Source: an uncultured bacterium
Lineage (GTDB): Bacteria > Patescibacteriota > Minisyncoccia > Phycocordibacterales > GWA1-40-21
Assembly: GCA_963840885.1 (NCBI GenBank)
Contig: CAWJAN010000006.1
Location: forward strand, 116,530-180,529
Direction of reading: 5' to 3'
Length of the DNA: 64,000 bases
Within the stretch, counting starts at the first letter, position 1; each line of letters opens with the position of its first letter. Shown piece after piece: positions 62,435-64,000 of this stretch. Made by a program: the position numbers and the translations under genes. Below the pieces are notes generated by a model. The model made no database searches. It saw only the letters and a program-made list of their open reading frames with translations, and had not been told where the DNA came from.

Positions 62435-62468
62435 AAGAACGGCCCGGCCTTAAGGCCGGGCCGTTCTT
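62435..62468. repeat. Perfect 34-bp palindrome
   Basis: aagaacggcccggccttaaggccgggccgttctt equals its own reverse complement. Confidence 0.85.
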
Positions 62469-62540
62469 GCATTTAATGCCTTTTATGTTATTATAACTGC
62501 AAGCCCGCAGGGGCGGTTTTTTAAATAAAAAATAACAATC

Positions 62541-62720
62541 ATGTCAAAACTTTCAAATTATTTAACGGAATCAAGAGAGGAATTGAAGCATATTTCCTGG
62601 CCTACCAGGCACCAGACTTTTCTGTTCACCGCTCTGGTTATTTTCATATCTGTCGGAATTGCCGCATACCTCGGATTTTTCGACTACGTATTCTCTTCCA
62701 TATTGAAGATTTTCTTTTAA
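62541..62720 (+). CDS. secE: Preprotein translocase subunit SecE (absent from the ORF track)
   Basis: Manual translation: MSKLSNYLTESREELKHISWPTRHQTFLFTALVIFISVGIAAYLGFFDYVFSSILKIFF*; upstream of nusG. Confidence 0.93.
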   Translation: MSKLSNYLTESREELKHISWPTRHQTFLFTALVIFISVGIAAYLGFFDYVFSSILKIFF

Positions 62721-62738
62721 TAAAAATATAAAAATTTT

Positions 62739-63287
62739 ATGGCAAAACAGACAATAGAACAGGGAAGGCACTGGTATGCGATCCATACTTATGCCGGATA
62801 CGAAAATGCGGTCGCAAGGAATCTCAAGCAGAGAATCGACTCCTTGAATATGAATGACAAGATTTTCAATGTCATCGTTCCTGTCGAAAAAAAGATAAAA
62901 ATAAAAGGCAATAAGAGGGTGGAAGAAGAAGAAAAAATATATCCGGGATACATACTTGTAGATATGGTTGTTACCGATGACTCTTGGTTTGTCGTCCGAA
63001 ATACTCCTCGTGTCACCGGGTTTGTCGGTGCAGGAGTATATCCTGTCCCGCTTACGGAAAAAGAAGTTGAATTTTTCCTCGGCAATATGAAGCAGAACGG
63101 CGAAGTGAAGCATGCTGTGGAATTTTCTATAGGCGAGTCCGTAAAGATAGTCGACGGTCCTTTCAAGGATCTTGAAGGCAAGATAAACGAAATAGACAGC
63201 GAGAAAGGAAAAGCCAAAGTCATGGTGCTTATTTTCGGAAGAGAGACTCCTGTCGAGCTCGATTTGTTGCAAATCAAGGGAGTTTAA
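62739..63287 (+). CDS. nusG: Transcription elongation factor NusG
   Basis: WYAIHTYAGYE, YPGYILV, VRNTPRVTGFVG, KOW GPF, IFGRETPVEL. Confidence 0.97.
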   Translation: MAKQTIEQGRHWYAIHTYAGYENAVARNLKQRIDSLNMNDKIFNVIVPVEKKIKIKGNKRVEEEEKIYPGYILVDMVVTDDSWFVVRNTPRVTGFVGAGVYPVPLTEKEVEFFLGNMKQNGEVKHAVEFSIGESVKIVDGPFKDLEGKINEIDSEKGKAKVMVLIFGRETPVELDLLQIKGV

Positions 63288-63331
63288 TATAGTATGAATC
63301 CCGCCTCTAAATAACACTAAAAACAACAAAT

Positions 63332-63754
63332 ATGGCAAAGAAAATAACAAAAAAATTAAAGCTTCAGATACCGGCAGGCAAAGCCACGCCGGCTCCTCCA
63401 ATCGGCCCGGCTCTCGGTCAGGCGGGAATAAATATCGGAGATTTCGTCAATAAATTCAATACCGCGACGAAGACAATGATAGGCGATGTCGTTCCGGTGG
63501 TAATCACCGTATACGAGGACAGAAGCTATGACTTCATCTTGAAAACGCCTCCGACAGCAGCGCTTATAATGAAAGCTTTGGGAATAGAAAAAGGTTCCGG
63601 AAAGCCGAATACGGCAAAGGTGGGAACGCTTACCAAAGCCCAGGTCAAAGAGATTGCCGAAAAGAAACTTGTCGATATGAACGCAAATGATATAAACGCA
63701 GCCATGAAAATGGTTGAAGGTGCGGCGAAATCAATGGGCGTTGAAATCAAATAA
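63332..63754 (+). CDS. rplK: 50S ribosomal protein L11
   Basis: [32 protein letters not shown]. Confidence 0.97.
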   Translation: MAKKITKKLKLQIPAGKATPAPPIGPALGQAGINIGDFVNKFNTATKTMIGDVVPVVITVYEDRSYDFILKTPPTAALIMKALGIEKGSGKPNTAKVGTLTKAQVKEIAEKKLVDMNANDINAAMKMVEGAAKSMGVEIK

Positions 63755-63814
63755 AAATACTCGAGTCTACTGCTCCTGTAAGGAGTTGAGGTCAAATAAA
63801 TAAGAAATAAAATA

Positions 63815-63847
63815 GGCCGGTTCGCGAAAGCGAACCGGCCATTTTTT
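63815..63847. terminator. Terminator after rplK (probably bidirectional)
   Basis: ggccggttcgc-gaaa-gcgaaccggcc-attttttg. Confidence 0.85.
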
Positions 63848-63850
63848 GTT

Positions 63851-64000
63851 TTATCTTTTGATGTCCCTGTCTTTGTAAAGGCGGGGAAGCATCATCGATG
63901 GATCCCAGGAGTTTTTCAAGGTTTTCAGATCAGCAGAGCTCTGGTATTTGCCAAGCTTTGCATAATCCGTACCCAAGATAGGCCCAGTCTCCTCAAAGAT
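63851..64000 (-). CDS. 3' end of an unidentified ORF running off the window
   Basis: Open minus-strand frame ...IFEETGPILGTDYAKLGKYQSSADLKTLKNSWDPSMMLPRLYKDRDIKR*, converging on the terminator. Confidence 0.4.
   Translation of the reverse strand: MFEETGPILGTDYAKLGKYQSSADLKTLKNSWDPSMMLPRLYKDRDIKR

Noticed and set aside
62480-62540. tRNA-Trp or rpmG, often found upstream of secE
   Set aside because: Only a small hairpin (gccc-gcag-gggc) is present; no tRNA structure or L33 ORF.
62571-63401. 276-aa minus-strand ORF
   Set aside because: Antisense shadow of secE-nusG-rplK. The other short overlapping ORFs in the track were dismissed for the same reason.

Overview
Core chromosomal region of a Patescibacteria/CPR bacterium, most likely Parcubacteria. 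This is inferred from the gene repertoire, the PPIase-less trigger factor, rplK without a following rplA, and CPR-style T4SS and type IV pilus loci; genetic code 11. The window spans the replication origin (jag-yidC-rnpA-rpmH <> dnaA-oriC-dnaN). It also holds a ~12 kb chromosomal VirB4/VirB6/PrgI/pilin (T4SS-like) cluster and a pilB-pilC-minor-pilin cluster preceded by a 1716-aa NHL-repeat surface protein. Housekeeping genes include uvrD/pcrA, rsmA, a class A PBP, tyrS, ruvC, ruvB, tsaE, polA, tig, nusA, metG, tatD, folD and secE-nusG-rplK. virB4, dnaN, ruvB and a SIMPL gene are broken by small indels that look like sequencing errors. Strongest leads: (1) the giant protein looks like a two-signal-peptide polyprotein whose second half is paralogous to the next gene; (2) an unannotated structured ncRNA with its own promoter and terminator at ~31.5-31.75 kb; (3) an orphan cassette encoding a DGR-target-like protein, sharing its promoter layout with a second orphan cassette; (4) an origin with shifted DnaA boxes and a DciA-like gene; (5) pervasive near-leaderless promoters. 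No tRNA, rRNA, CRISPR array, integrase or transposase was seen. All family calls come from motif recognition by eye, not database searches.
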